From an uncultured Pseudomonadota bacterium (GTDB taxonomy: Bacteria; Oederibacteriota; Muellerivitia; Muellerivitales; Muellerivitaceae), in the NCBI GenBank assembly GCA_963770835.1, contig CAVYRH010000026.1, positions 320,001 to 384,000 of the forward strand: a stretch of 64,000 nucleotides of DNA. Reading direction: 5' to 3'. Below the pieces are notes generated by a model. The model was not told where the DNA came from. It ran no database searches and saw only the letters and a list, made by a program, of their open reading frames with translations. Of the stretch, positions 53,309 to 62,955 are shown piece after piece (position 1 is the stretch's first letter; every line of letters begins with the position of its first letter). Both the position numbers and the translations under genes were made by a program.

Positions 53309-54168
53309 AGAACCTCCGGGACTACATCTCGCTTACCAAGCCGCGGCTAAACTCCCTGGCCATCGTCACGTCCCTGGCGGGGTTTTACCTGGGCAGCCCC
53401 AGGCCCCTTCATTGGGGCCTGTTGTTGTGGACCCTGCTTGGCACCACGGCGGTAGCGGGGGGATGCGGAACTTTAAACCAGTGGCTGGAAGCCGAAGCGG
53501 ACAGCCAAATGGCGCGCACCCGAAAAAGGCCCCTGCCCGCCGGGCGGCTCAAGAAGGAACAAGCTTTTTGGTTCGGGACCGGCCTTTCCGCCGTGGGCGT
53601 GGCGATCCTTTTTTTCCTCGTCAACGACCTGGCGGCCCTCCTGGGGTTGGCGGCCCTGGTGAGTTACATCGTTTTTTACACGCCCCTGAAAAAGATCACC
53701 TCCCTTTGCACGGTGGTGGGGGCCATCCCCGGGGCCATCCCACCCATGATCGGCTGGGCCTCGGCGCAATACCGCATCGGGCCCGAAGGCTGGACCCTCT
53801 TCGCCATCCTGTTCTTGTGGCAGATGCCTCATTTCCTTTCCATTGGATGGATTTACCGCGACGATTACGCCCGGGCCGGCTTTCCCATGCTGGCGGTCAT
53901 CGATCCGAAGGGGGAATCCACCGGCCTCATGGCCGTCGTTTACGCAGTGGCCCTGTTGCCGGTGTCCCTCTTGCCCGCGTTTTTCCATATGACGGGCCCG
54001 GTTTATTTTTGGGCGGCCCTTGTGTTAAGTTCGGCCTTCCTGTTTTATAGCTGCCGCATGGCATGGCACCGGACCCTTTCCAACGCCCGGGGTTTGTTCT
54101 GGTTCTCCATCACCTACCTGCCCCTGCTTTTCTTGGCGATGGTTTTAGATAAGACTCCACCCCATTAA
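53305..54168 (+). CDS. ctaB: Protoheme IX farnesyltransferase (heme O synthase)
   Basis: YISLTKPR, DSQMARTRKRPLPAG, YTPLKK, GAIPGAIPP, WQMPHF, DDYARAGFPML. Confidence 0.93.
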   Translation: MKNLRDYISLTKPRLNSLAIVTSLAGFYLGSPRPLHWGLLLWTLLGTTAVAGGCGTLNQWLEAEADSQMARTRKRPLPAGRLKKEQAFWFGTGLSAVGVAILFFLVNDLAALLGLAALVSYIVFYTPLKKITSLCTVVGAIPGAIPPMIGWASAQYRIGPEGWTLFAILFLWQMPHFLSIGWIYRDDYARAGFPMLAVIDPKGESTGLMAVVYAVALLPVSLLPAFFHMTGPVYFWAALVLSSAFLFYSCRMAWHRTLSNARGLFWFSITYLPLLFLAMVLDKTPPH

Positions 54169-54297
54169 CCACAGATAAGCTCTGGTAAGGTAAAAGTACT
54201 TTTTGATTTTAAAATTAGAAGATCGTCTGAGTTTATTGAGGCTCATTCTTGATCCGTTTTGTTTGCCACACTCTGTGAACTCTGTGTACTCTGTGGT
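54168..54297. repeat. Palindromic element with 9-bp-periodic arms and AT-rich core
   Basis: ACCACAGA ... CTCTGTGAACTCTGTGTACTCTGTGGT; related to 60822-60895. Confidence 0.65.
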
Positions 54298-54309
54298 AAA
54301 GAGGTTTTT

Positions 54310-55239
54310 GTGGAAAACCTAATCGAAGTCGACAACCTCACCTACCAATACGGCGCCAAGACCGCCCTGGCAGGCCTCAGCTTTTCCGTGGGGCAGGGTG
54401 AAATCTTTGGGTTCCTCGGCCCCAACGGCGGGGGCAAAACCACCACTTTCAAGGTGCTTTCCACCCTTTTTTCCTGCAAGCCGGGGCAGGTGAAAATGTT
54501 CGGGCTGGACCTTTCCAGGGACAAGATCGCCATCCGCCGCAAGATGGGCATCGTCTTCCAGTTGCCGGCCTTGGACAAACAATTGAAGGTCCGGGAGAAC
54601 CTGGAACACCAGGGACACCTTTACGGGATCGCGGGGAAAGAACTCCAAAGCCGCATTGACCGGGATTTGGAGCGCTTGGGCCTGAAGGACCGGGCCAAGG
54701 ATAAGGTCAAAACACTGTCAGGAGGTTTGCAGCGCCGGGTGGAATTGGCCAAGGCGCTCCTGAGTAACCCGGAACTGATGATCTTGGACGAGCCTTCCAC
54801 AGGCCTTGACCCTGCGGCCCGCAGGGAATTCTGGAATCAATTGGAATCCTTAAGGAAAGAACAGGGCATGACGGTCCTTGTGACGACCCACTACCTGGAG
54901 GAAGCGGACCGTTGCGACCGGCTTTTGATCCTGGACAAGGGCGAGAAAGTTGCCTTGGGAAATCCCGAACAACTGAAATCCGAAATCGGAGGGGAAGTGT
55001 TGAGGGTGCGGGCCAAGAATCCCGAGGAGCTGATGAAGGCTATTGAGGAAAAACTGAAAGTAAAAACCCTGTTGCTGGGTGGATTGATTCAAATCGAGCA
55101 ACCTAAGGCCCACAACCTGGTTGCGCCGCTGTTGGAGGCTTTTCCGGAACAGGTTTTGTCCCTCACCTTGGGATTGCCCACCCTGGAGGATGTTTTTATT
55201 CATAAGACAGGGCGCCGGATGATGGAGGAAAAAGAATGA
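54310..55239 (+). CDS. ABC transporter ATP-binding protein (ABC-2/DrrA type)
   Basis: GPNGGGKTT, LSGG, ILDEPSTGLD, TTHY, PTLEDVF. Confidence 0.93.
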   Translation: MENLIEVDNLTYQYGAKTALAGLSFSVGQGEIFGFLGPNGGGKTTTFKVLSTLFSCKPGQVKMFGLDLSRDKIAIRRKMGIVFQLPALDKQLKVRENLEHQGHLYGIAGKELQSRIDRDLERLGLKDRAKDKVKTLSGGLQRRVELAKALLSNPELMILDEPSTGLDPAARREFWNQLESLRKEQGMTVLVTTHYLEEADRCDRLLILDKGEKVALGNPEQLKSEIGGEVLRVRAKNPEELMKAIEEKLKVKTLLLGGLIQIEQPKAHNLVAPLLEAFPEQVLSLTLGLPTLEDVFIHKTGRRMMEEKE

Positions 55240-55258
55240 AATCACAGAGAGGATTTAT

Positions 55259-55555
55259 TTGAATACGCCAAAATTTTCATCTAATGAAAAGGTTAAATTT
55301 TTCCTTTTATCTATTGGTGCTTTACTTGTTGTGGTGTTCATAAATTTTAAAACTGAAAACTTAGATAGAAATGGATGCTTTCGTGGAGGCCTTCTTTGGC
55401 TTTGCGGAACCATTTTCTTTTTTTTAACAACACAATTAGATAAAGGAGGATTTATGTATTCGAAACAAACTAATTATTACAAATCGCGTTTCTCTCAAGA
55501 TTTTTTTGGATTTCTTCTCTTATTGCTGTTATTGCGGCAGCTGTCCTTTCTTTAA
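55259..55555 (+). CDS. Possible small AT-rich membrane protein
   Basis: Hydrophobic ORF in a low-GC insert between the ABC ATPase and permease; may be degraded. Confidence 0.3.
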   Translation: MNTPKFSSNEKVKFFLLSIGALLVVVFINFKTENLDRNGCFRGGLLWLCGTIFFFLTTQLDKGGFMYSKQTNYYKSRFSQDFFGFLLLLLLLRQLSFL

Positions 55556-55695
55556 CGTATTTCGTTAGATTTTTTTTGAAGAATGGGTAATTTGATACAC
55601 CCGAAATGTTAAGTTAACGATGAAATCTCTTATCGGAACCGGACGCAACGTGAGGACTCGAGAAATGGTTATTAAGTTAAGTGGGGAGACATAAC

Positions 55696-56442
55696 GTGAA
55701 TTTCTGGTTGGCCGTTTATACCCTCTGGCAGAGAGAACTGGTGCGGTTCTACCGGCAGCCCAGCCGAGTAGTGGGGGCTGTGGGTACGGCTTTGCTGTTT
55801 TGGCTGGTTTTGGGTTCGGGCATTCCGGTAGCCAATTACCGGGCTTATTTCCTACCTGGAACCATCGTGATGAGCGTGCTTTTCACCTGTATTTTCTCCA
55901 ATGCCTCAGTCATCGAGGACCGGCAAGCGGGATTCCTCCAGTCCGTCATGGTGGCGCCGGTGACCCGCGCGGCCATCGTCATGGGCAAGATACTGGGCGG
56001 GGCCACCCTTTCCACCCTCCAAGGCCTCATCCTGCTCCCAGTGGCGTTGACGGTGGGGGCCACCTTCCAAATCCTCCCATTCCTGGGGCTCATCCTGTCC
56101 CTGTTCCTCCTTTCTTTTGTCCTCAACGCCATGGGTTTCTGGCTGGCGTGGAAAATCGAATCCACCCCTGGGTTCCATACCATCATGAACATGGTGCTCC
56201 TTCCCATGTGGATGGCCTCGGGCGCCATTTTCGCCGGGAGCGGTTCGGGCTGGATGGCGGCCTTTATCAAGGTCAACCCCTTCACCTACGGTGTGGCGGG
56301 CGTGCGACGTGGCCTTTTCCCCGATACGGACTTAAGTTCCGTGCCGACGCTGCCCCTTTGCCTGACCGTGCTGGTTGGGGTGTCGCTATTCTTTTACGCC
56401 CTTTCCTCCTGGGCCGTCGAGAAAACCAATGAAACAAAGTAA
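55696..56442 (+). CDS. ABC-2 type transporter permease
   Basis: WQRELVRFYR, FLPG, EDRQAGFL...APV...GKILG, NPFTYGV. Confidence 0.9.
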   Translation: MNFWLAVYTLWQRELVRFYRQPSRVVGAVGTALLFWLVLGSGIPVANYRAYFLPGTIVMSVLFTCIFSNASVIEDRQAGFLQSVMVAPVTRAAIVMGKILGGATLSTLQGLILLPVALTVGATFQILPFLGLILSLFLLSFVLNAMGFWLAWKIESTPGFHTIMNMVLLPMWMASGAIFAGSGSGWMAAFIKVNPFTYGVAGVRRGLFPDTDLSSVPTLPLCLTVLVGVSLFFYALSSWAVEKTNETK

Positions 56443-57070
56443 AAAAACGAAGTCTCCTTCCTTAAGCAAGACCATCCTTTTGGTCGTGGCCCTAGGACTG
56501 CTGACTTTTCTAGGATGGCGGGTTTGGAGCTCGCGGCCTTCGGACAGGTTCCAGAAACCCATTGATTCAGCGCCCGAGTTTTCCTTCACGGACCGCAGCG
56601 GGCGGATCTTTTCCAGCTCAGAACTAAAAGGGAAGGTCTGGGTGGTGGACTTTATCTTCTCCCATTGCGCGGGTTCCTGCCCGATGCTCAGCCAGAAAAT
56701 GAAAACATTGCAGGACACCTGGAAGGGCAACCCGAATTTTAAACTCGTCACTTTCACCGTCGATCCCGACCGGGATACGGTGGAAGCCCTCAAGCAATAC
56801 TCCGACGATTACCAAGCTGATCCGGCCCAATGGTTTTTCCTTACCGGGAAAAAAGATGACATCTACAAAACGATTTTGGGGGGATTCAAGGAGATCGCCG
56901 CCCGCGATTATGAGGCTGGTCCGGGGTTTGAGTTCATCCACAGCACCCGCATGGTCCTGGTGGATGGCGATGGGAAAATCCGCGGGCTTTACGACGGGGA
57001 GAACGACGGGGATGTCCTAAAACTGCGGCACGACATTAAATACCTTATGGGAGCATGGTCTCACACATAA
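56429..57070 (+). CDS. SCO family copper chaperone
   Basis: FSHCAGSCP (CxxxC), TVDPDRDT, WFFLTG, HSTRMVLVD. Confidence 0.92.
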   Translation: MKQSKKTKSPSLSKTILLVVALGLLTFLGWRVWSSRPSDRFQKPIDSAPEFSFTDRSGRIFSSSELKGKVWVVDFIFSHCAGSCPMLSQKMKTLQDTWKGNPNFKLVTFTVDPDRDTVEALKQYSDDYQADPAQWFFLTGKKDDIYKTILGGFKEIAARDYEAGPGFEFIHSTRMVLVDGDGKIRGLYDGENDGDVLKLRHDIKYLMGAWSHT

Positions 57071-57150
57071 AAAATAATCGCTGTCATTGCGAGGATTGAG
57101 CCCCGAATAGGGGCTCGATTATGATGAAGCAACCCCAGTTTAAATAAGTT

Positions 57151-58321
57151 GTAACCTCTGAAAAACTCCCTGTTTTGGTTTGAAACTCTTCTCACCAGGG
57201 TTTTCAACCCCGCTTGGAGATGTTTTTGTTTCTCCAAAGGTGTTGCACTTACTCCTAGAACTCCTTTTTCGACCCTTCTTGCGTCATCTGCCTCTGAAAA
57301 AACTCCCCTTAGCTCAGGCCGCCGCCAACTTTACGGCTCTTTTCCCATTAAATGCGATGCCACAGATCAACACCCAAATCTTGTTTCGGGCCATCCCGTA
57401 GTACCTCATTCGTCCCATCGAACACCACCGCTTCAAGGTACTCATTGTCGCCTCGATCCCGCACCTCACACGGCCCCAAACCTTGTTTTGCTTTAATTGC
57501 CTCTGGGTCAGCTTCTGTCCCCGCCAAACACGATGTAACACTCGATTCCGAATCCCTCGTTCCTCCAAATATTCATCGTGTTGCGCCGACCGGTAAGCCT
57601 TGTCAGCAAATGCCTGTTCTACCCCGCGAGGAACCATGTCTTTGAAATGTTCGTGATCGTGTTCCTCAATATGACTTAGATCCATCTTTCGAATCAGGCC
57701 GCTTTTCTCGTCCTGACCCACATGAACCTTCATCCCATCCACGGCTTTTCCTTGCCGGGAGGTGTAATGAACATCTTCATCCACCGGCTTTCCCTCTTGA
57801 TCCTTGGATTCCGGTTTACAGGCTCCTTCCACCAGGGTGGAGTCCACAATGGCCCCTTTCTTGACCAAAAGTCCTTTCCGATCTAAACCCTGTTGCACTG
57901 CCCCCCAAACCCGGTCTATCAAACCGGCTTCCCGGAGTCTTTCCCGAAACTTCACCAAAGTGGTGTCGTCGACGTGGTACTCTCGCACCCCTTCACCCAC
58001 GAACCGCTCAAAACTGCGCCGGTCGTGGATTTCTTGGACTACTTCCACATCCGACAGGCCGTACCAGGATTCCAGCAAAAGGCATTTAAACAAGATCAAA
58101 GGCGGGATGGGAGGTCTCCCCGTGTTGCCCCGGTACATTTCCATCAGCAATTTCTCGATCTTCGGAAAGTCCAGAACCTTATCCACTTCCTCTAGCATGG
58201 TCTTTTTGAGTCGCCGGTTCTTGTCCTCGTACATCCCGAAGCTGATTTGCATGGAATCCCTCCGTCTGGAATGCTGCTATTATATTTCAGCATTTAGACG
58301 AAGGAGTTTTTCAGAGGTTAC
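57151..58321 (-). mobile_element. IS5-family insertion sequence
   Basis: 19-bp perfect TIR GTAACCTCTGAAAAACTCC (57151-57169; 58303-58321); AAGTT direct repeat at 57146-57150 and 58322-58326. Confidence 0.9.
57314..58252 (-). CDS. IS5-family DDE transposase
   Basis: GRPP, WYGLSD, DDTTLVKFR, IVDST, GMKVH, ADKAY, RCGIE. Confidence 0.92.
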   Translation of the reverse strand: MQISFGMYEDKNRRLKKTMLEEVDKVLDFPKIEKLLMEMYRGNTGRPPIPPLILFKCLLLESWYGLSDVEVVQEIHDRRSFERFVGEGVREYHVDDTTLVKFRERLREAGLIDRVWGAVQQGLDRKGLLVKKGAIVDSTLVEGACKPESKDQEGKPVDEDVHYTSRQGKAVDGMKVHVGQDEKSGLIRKMDLSHIEEHDHEHFKDMVPRGVEQAFADKAYRSAQHDEYLEERGIRNRVLHRVWRGQKLTQRQLKQNKVWGRVRCGIEATMSTLKRWCSMGRMRYYGMARNKIWVLICGIAFNGKRAVKLAAA

Positions 58322-58451
58322 AAGTTGTTTCCCAAAGAGGGGTGCCTTCAATCTATTTTGGGACTGAGGTTGCTTCCTCCTTATCGGCCGCCTATTCGGC
58401 GGCCACTCGTCGCAATGACCGCAGTTATTACTACATGGTTCAAGGAGTCAC

Positions 58452-58874
58452 ATGAACATCAATATCCTGCCGATGATCAACGCCGGGCTCAACGCCTTGA
58501 GCGCCCTGCTCCTTTTAACGGGTTATACTTTCATCCGAAAAGGAAATCGCCAGGCGCACCGGTTTTGCATGGTCGCGGCCTTCATCGTTTCGGTCGTGTT
58601 CCTCGTTTCTTATCTCGTGCATCACGCCCTGGCGGGAATCATTTATTACCAGGGACAGGGATTTTCCCGGATCCTTTATTTTATCATTCTTTGGACCCAC
58701 ACTCCTTTAGCCGCACTGGTTCCTGTTTTAGCCATCCTTACCCTTCGCCAGGCCCTGAAGGGAAACTTCGTGAAACACAAAAGACTCGCGCATTGGACCT
58801 TCCCCATTTGGATGTATGTTTCTATCACGGGGGTTGTTATTTATTTCATGCTTTACCAGGGATTCCTGCAATAA
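58452..58874 (+). CDS. DUF420 family membrane protein
   Basis: LPMINAGLN, HRFCM, FLVSYL, HKRLAHWTFPIWMYVSITGV. Confidence 0.88.
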   Translation: MNINILPMINAGLNALSALLLLTGYTFIRKGNRQAHRFCMVAAFIVSVVFLVSYLVHHALAGIIYYQGQGFSRILYFIILWTHTPLAALVPVLAILTLRQALKGNFVKHKRLAHWTFPIWMYVSITGVVIYFMLYQGFLQ

Positions 58875-58982
58875 GCCCGGTTTCTTGACTGGATCCCCCC
58901 CGCCCTGGATCCTAGAGAGGCCGTTGTTTTTTCCCAAGGTCCCTCCGTATATTGAAATTGGTTCACCTCGAAGGGGGCGCCC

Positions 58983-59414
58983 ATGAATGTCACCGAAGAC
59001 GAAGTCCTGGAAATCGCCAGAAACGCCAAGACCGTGGCGGTTGAGGGAATGCAGGATGAAAGCAAAATGGACCGGCCCGCCTACCAGATTCCAGCGATGT
59101 TGAAGGAGCGGGGCATCCGGATCTACCCCGTCAACCCCAAGATCCAATCGTCCATGGGAGAGAACGCCTACGCGGCCATCAAGGACGTGCCGGTGAAAGT
59201 GGATATCCTCGACGTGTTCCGGCGGCCCGACGTGATCCCCGCCCTAGCCGACGAGTTGATCGCCCTGCCCGAGGACAAGCGCCCCAAGGTGGTTTGGCTC
59301 CAAAGCGGTATTACCCATCCCCAGGCCGAGGCCAAACTTGAAAAGGCGGGGTTTAAGGTCGTCTCCGACGCCTGCCTGGGCGTCATCGCTTCGCGTGTCC
59401 GGCACAAGGTCTAG
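58983..59414 (+). CDS. CoA-binding protein (YccU-like)
   Basis: IYPVNP, VDILDVFRR, VWLQSGI, VVSDAC. Confidence 0.88.
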   Translation: MNVTEDEVLEIARNAKTVAVEGMQDESKMDRPAYQIPAMLKERGIRIYPVNPKIQSSMGENAYAAIKDVPVKVDILDVFRRPDVIPALADELIALPEDKRPKVVWLQSGITHPQAEAKLEKAGFKVVSDACLGVIASRVRHKV

Positions 59415-59489
59415 GTTTTCCACAACCCAAGTTAACGCTTCCAGACCCTTTCGCTTACAATAGCCCGTAACCTCTTGAAGGAGGGAACC

Positions 59490-59954
59490 ATGGCTTTTCA
59501 GCTGACCAGCCGGGCTTTCAAGGACGCGGAAATGATTCCGCCCCATTACACCGTGGATGGGGATGATGTTTCCCCACCCCTGGAATGGAAAGACCCACCC
59601 TCCGGAACCAACAGCTTCGCCCTCATTTGCGACGACCCGGACGCGCCCGGCGGAACCTTCACCCATTGGCTGATTTACAACATCCCCACCAGCGTCATTT
59701 TGCTTCCCGAGGCTTTTCCTTCCTTGAAATCACTCCCCAACGGCACCAAACAGGGAACCAACGATTTCGGGGGCATTGGTTACCGGGGCCCGGCCCCGCC
59801 CAGCGGAATCCACCGTTATTACTTCAAGTTGTACGCCCTCAGCGCTCCAGTGGACCTGGAGGAAGGGGCCAAAAAGCCCACGCTGGAAAGATTAGTCCAA
59901 AGGCGGGCTTTAGGGGAGACGCAATTGATGGGAAAGTATCAACGGAGTAAATAA
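59490..59954 (+). CDS. YbhB/YbcL family (PEBP / Raf kinase inhibitor-like) protein
   Basis: SPPLEW, DPDAPGGTFTHW, GTNDFG...YRGPAPP, HRYYFKLYAL. Confidence 0.92.
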   Translation: MAFQLTSRAFKDAEMIPPHYTVDGDDVSPPLEWKDPPSGTNSFALICDDPDAPGGTFTHWLIYNIPTSVILLPEAFPSLKSLPNGTKQGTNDFGGIGYRGPAPPSGIHRYYFKLYALSAPVDLEEGAKKPTLERLVQRRALGETQLMGKYQRSK

Positions 59955-60068
59955 AATTATGAATTTTGAATTCTTAGTTTTGAATTATGGTCACTTTTGC
60001 CTTCGTCAAAAGTTCCAGAGTCTTTTGTTAAATAAAATTTAGAATTAATTATTAAAAACTCAAAATTC
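59955..60068. repeat. AT-rich inverted array of degenerate heptamers
   Basis: AATTATGAATTTTGAATTCTTAGTTTTGAATT ... AATTTAGAATTAATTATTAAAAACTCAAAATT. Confidence 0.5.
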
Positions 60069-60085
60069 CGACAAGGTGACGCCAG

Positions 60086-60811
60086 TTGAAAAAACTTTTA
60101 CTACTCATTTCATTGCTGGCCACATTGGTTACACCTGCCTTGTCGGCTAAGTGGCCTTCCCCCGTAGGGGCCGTCAATGATTTCGCCCAGGTGATCCCCG
60201 CCGACCAAGCGCAGGACTTGGAAAATTACCTGGACGACTTCCAGGGCAAGACCGGAAACGCCATCGTGATTGTCACCTTACCCTCGGTGGAGGGCGCGGA
60301 CGTGGACCAGGCCGCCGTGGAACTCTTCCAGGCCTGGGGCATCGGGCAAAAAGGGAAGGACAATGGGATACTCATCCTGGCCTCCATCAAGGACCGCCGG
60401 GCGCGCATCGAAGTGGGTTACGGGTTGGAAGGCGTTATCACGGACGCGGACGCGGGGGATATTCTCCGACAGCAGGTCTACCCCTATTTCAAACAACAGC
60501 AATACGGCCAGGGCCTCAGCAATGCCGCCCACGCCGCCGCTCAATTAATCCAAGGGGGCGCGGAAGGCCAACCCCAGGGGAATGAAGCGGGGAGTCCTCC
60601 CATCGGAGAGGTCATTAAGACTATCATCATTATCGCCATCGTTTTGCTTTACTTGCTTATCCGCATCCGCTTTGGGGGATGGTGGGGCGGCGGGTTCTAT
60701 GGCGGCGGTGGAGGCTGGGGAGGCGGGGGTTTTGGCGGCGGTGGTGGAGGCGGATTCGGGGGCTTTGGCGGCGGCGGTTCGGGCGGTGGCGGCGCCAGCG
60801 GCGGCTGGTGA
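60086..60811 (+). CDS. TPM domain protein with Gly-rich tail
   Basis: VNDFAQVI, WGIGQKGKDNGILI, RIEVGYGLEG, GGGGSGGGGASGGW. Confidence 0.92.
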   Translation: MKKLLLLISLLATLVTPALSAKWPSPVGAVNDFAQVIPADQAQDLENYLDDFQGKTGNAIVIVTLPSVEGADVDQAAVELFQAWGIGQKGKDNGILILASIKDRRARIEVGYGLEGVITDADAGDILRQQVYPYFKQQQYGQGLSNAAHAAAQLIQGGAEGQPQGNEAGSPPIGEVIKTIIIIAIVLLYLLIRIRFGGWWGGGFYGGGGGWGGGGFGGGGGGGFGGFGGGGSGGGGASGGW

Positions 60812-60821
60812 GACATCTTGA

Positions 60822-60895
60822 ACCACAGAGGACACGGAGCTAAAGCAAAAGACTTGATTTGATTTTCTCTCCGTGAACTCTGTGACCTCTGTGGT
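60822..60895. repeat. Palindromic element with 9-bp-periodic arms
   Basis: ACCACAGAGGACACGGAG ... CTCCGTGAACTCTGTGACCTCTGTGGT. Confidence 0.7.
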
Positions 60896-60914
60896 GAAAA
60901 TGAAGGAGATGCTT

Positions 60915-61610
60915 ATGAAGTGGACGACAGAAAAGATGGTGGAAGAACTCAAGACCCTCTTGGGAAGCCAATTGGTGTCGGTGGTCCTCTATGGATCGGC
61001 GGCGGCGGGGGACCACGCGGGGAAAAACTCCGATATCAACCTTTTGGTGGTGACCCACCAGCTTTTTCCCAAGGAACTGATGGCCCTTTCCAAGGCGATG
61101 GTGCCCTGGACCCGGCAAGGCAACCCTCCGCCCCTTCTTTTGACCCAAGAGCACCTGAAGGATTTCGTCGATGTTTTCCCGATTGAGATTTTGGACATCC
61201 AGCACAACCACCAGGTCCTCCACGGGCCCGACCCAGTGAAGAGGCTTTCGGTTTCCCATGGCGATCTTCGGGTGGAGTTGGAACACGAGCTCCAGGGCAA
61301 ATTGCTCCAGTTGAAGACCCACTTCGCCCTGACGGAGGCCCGGCCCGCCCTCGTGGAAAAACTCATGGTGGAATCCCTCTCCACGTTTTTGGTTTTGTTC
61401 AAAAGCGCCCTCTGGCTCTACCGCGAGAAGCCTTCCCGCAGAAAAATGGAAGCTTTGAGAAAGTTGAAAAAGAAAATTACCTTCGACCTGGAGCCCTTTG
61501 AGACCGTGGACCGCCTCAAACGGGGGGAAAAGATCAAGGATTTGAACGTGCTTGTTCTTTTCGAAAAGTACCTGAGCTCTATTGAAACGATCGTTGACAA
61601 TGTCAACTAA
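60915..61610 (+). CDS. Nucleotidyltransferase-domain protein
   Basis: VVLYGSAAAGD...SDINLLVV (pol-beta-like GS/DxD-type motif), DVFPIE. Confidence 0.8.
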   Translation: MKWTTEKMVEELKTLLGSQLVSVVLYGSAAAGDHAGKNSDINLLVVTHQLFPKELMALSKAMVPWTRQGNPPPLLLTQEHLKDFVDVFPIEILDIQHNHQVLHGPDPVKRLSVSHGDLRVELEHELQGKLLQLKTHFALTEARPALVEKLMVESLSTFLVLFKSALWLYREKPSRRKMEALRKLKKKITFDLEPFETVDRLKRGEKIKDLNVLVLFEKYLSSIETIVDNVN

Positions 61611-61620
61611 GGAGGCGGGG

Positions 61621-62178
61621 ATGGACTCGCGACGCTGGATGGTCGGTATCATTACGCTGGTAATGGCGCTAGCTTTTGGGTCCGCCGGGGCCAAGAAGAA
61701 ATCCAGTTTGAGGCTACAAAGCAAGTCGTTCGAAGACGGGAAAAGGATTTCGGAGAAATACACTTGCCAGGGCAAGAACATTTCCCCGGAGCTGAATTGG
61801 AAAGGGGCTCCGCCTGAAACCAAATGTTTTGCTTTGATCGTGGAAGACCCGGACGCTCCCGCCATGAATTTTACCCATTGGGTGGCCTTTAATATCCCCG
61901 CCATCGCCGACCCCCAAACGAACGGGTTCGAACTGGTGGAGGGGTTCCCGCGGGACCCCAAATCCGACAAGGGGATTACCCAGGGCGCCAATGATTTCCA
62001 AAAAATCGGCTATGACGGGCCTTGCCCCCCGAGCGGCGTCCACCGATATTATTTCAAGCTTTACGCCCTCGACGGCTTCCTTTCCTTGGGGGGCGGCGCC
62101 TTAAGGAGCCAGGTGGAAAAGGCCATGAAGGGCCATGTGCTGGCCCAGACGCAAATCATGGGGCAGTACGGCCAATAA
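61621..62178 (+). CDS. Secreted YbhB/YbcL family protein
   Basis: Signal peptide, SPELNW, EDPDAP, THW, YDGPCPP, HRYYFKLYALD. Confidence 0.9.
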   Translation: MDSRRWMVGIITLVMALAFGSAGAKKKSSLRLQSKSFEDGKRISEKYTCQGKNISPELNWKGAPPETKCFALIVEDPDAPAMNFTHWVAFNIPAIADPQTNGFELVEGFPRDPKSDKGITQGANDFQKIGYDGPCPPSGVHRYYFKLYALDGFLSLGGGALRSQVEKAMKGHVLAQTQIMGQYGQ

Positions 62179-62211
62179 CCGGAATTCGAAATTTTAAATT
62201 GGAGGTAGGGT

Positions 62212-62775
62212 ATGTCTTCTAAAGTCTGGCTTTGGGCGATCCTGGGCTTTGTGGTGCTCTTCGGCTTGATGTTGGTGGGGTCTTATAACGGGTTGGTATC
62301 CTCCAACCAGGCGGTGGACAAGGCATGGGGTGACGTGGAAACGGACCTTCAACGGCGTTACGACCTCATTCCCAACCTGGTCAATACAGTGAAGGGTTAC
62401 GCCAAGCACGAGAGCAGCGTGCTGGAGGAAGTCACCCGGCTTCGCAGCCAATGGGGAGAGGCAAAAACCTCGACGGACCAAGTCAAGGCCGCCAATGACC
62501 TGGAAGGAGCCCTGGGACGGCTGATGGTTGTGGTGGAAAAATATCCGGATTTGAAGGCGAACGAAAATTTCCTGCGGTTGCAGGACGAGCTGGCCGGTAC
62601 CGAGAACCGTATCGCCGTAACCCGGCAGCGTTATAACGAGGCGGTGCAGGATTACAACGTGAAGGTCCAAAGTTTCCCTTCCAACCTGATGGCCTCCATC
62701 GGAGGCTTCAAGGTGAGGGATTCCTACTTCAAGGCCAAGGAAGCCGCGCAGGATGCACCGCAAGTACAGTTTTGA
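62212..62775 (+). CDS. lemA: LemA family protein
   Basis: YNGLV, LQRRYDLIPNLV, YPDLKANENF, ELAGTENRI, RQRYNEAV, FPSN. Confidence 0.95.
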   Translation: MSSKVWLWAILGFVVLFGLMLVGSYNGLVSSNQAVDKAWGDVETDLQRRYDLIPNLVNTVKGYAKHESSVLEEVTRLRSQWGEAKTSTDQVKAANDLEGALGRLMVVVEKYPDLKANENFLRLQDELAGTENRIAVTRQRYNEAVQDYNVKVQSFPSNLMASIGGFKVRDSYFKAKEAAQDAPQVQF

Positions 62776-62781
62776 ATTGCC

Positions 62782-62928
62782 GTCATTGCGAGGAGCGAAT
62801 TTCGCGACGAAGCAACCTCAGTTTATGGGTTGTTTACGCTTTTCGTGGGTTCCTCGCAACGACATATTTAAACTGGGGTTGCTTCGTCATGAATGCCCGC
62901 CTATTCGGCGGGCATTCCTCGCAATGAC
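62782..62928. repeat. REP-like nested palindrome, copy 3
   Basis: GTCATTGCGAGG...GAAGCAACCTCAGTTT...AAACTGGGGTTGCTTC...CCTCGCAATGAC. Confidence 0.85.
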
Positions 62929-62955
62929 AGCAATTATTTTTTAATAGAGGTTTTA

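Larger units (their letters stand above)
57082..58419. repeat. REP-like nested palindrome, copy 2, interrupted by the IS5-family element
   Basis: Left half at 57082-57150; right half at 58322-58419 ending CGCAATGAC. Confidence 0.8.
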
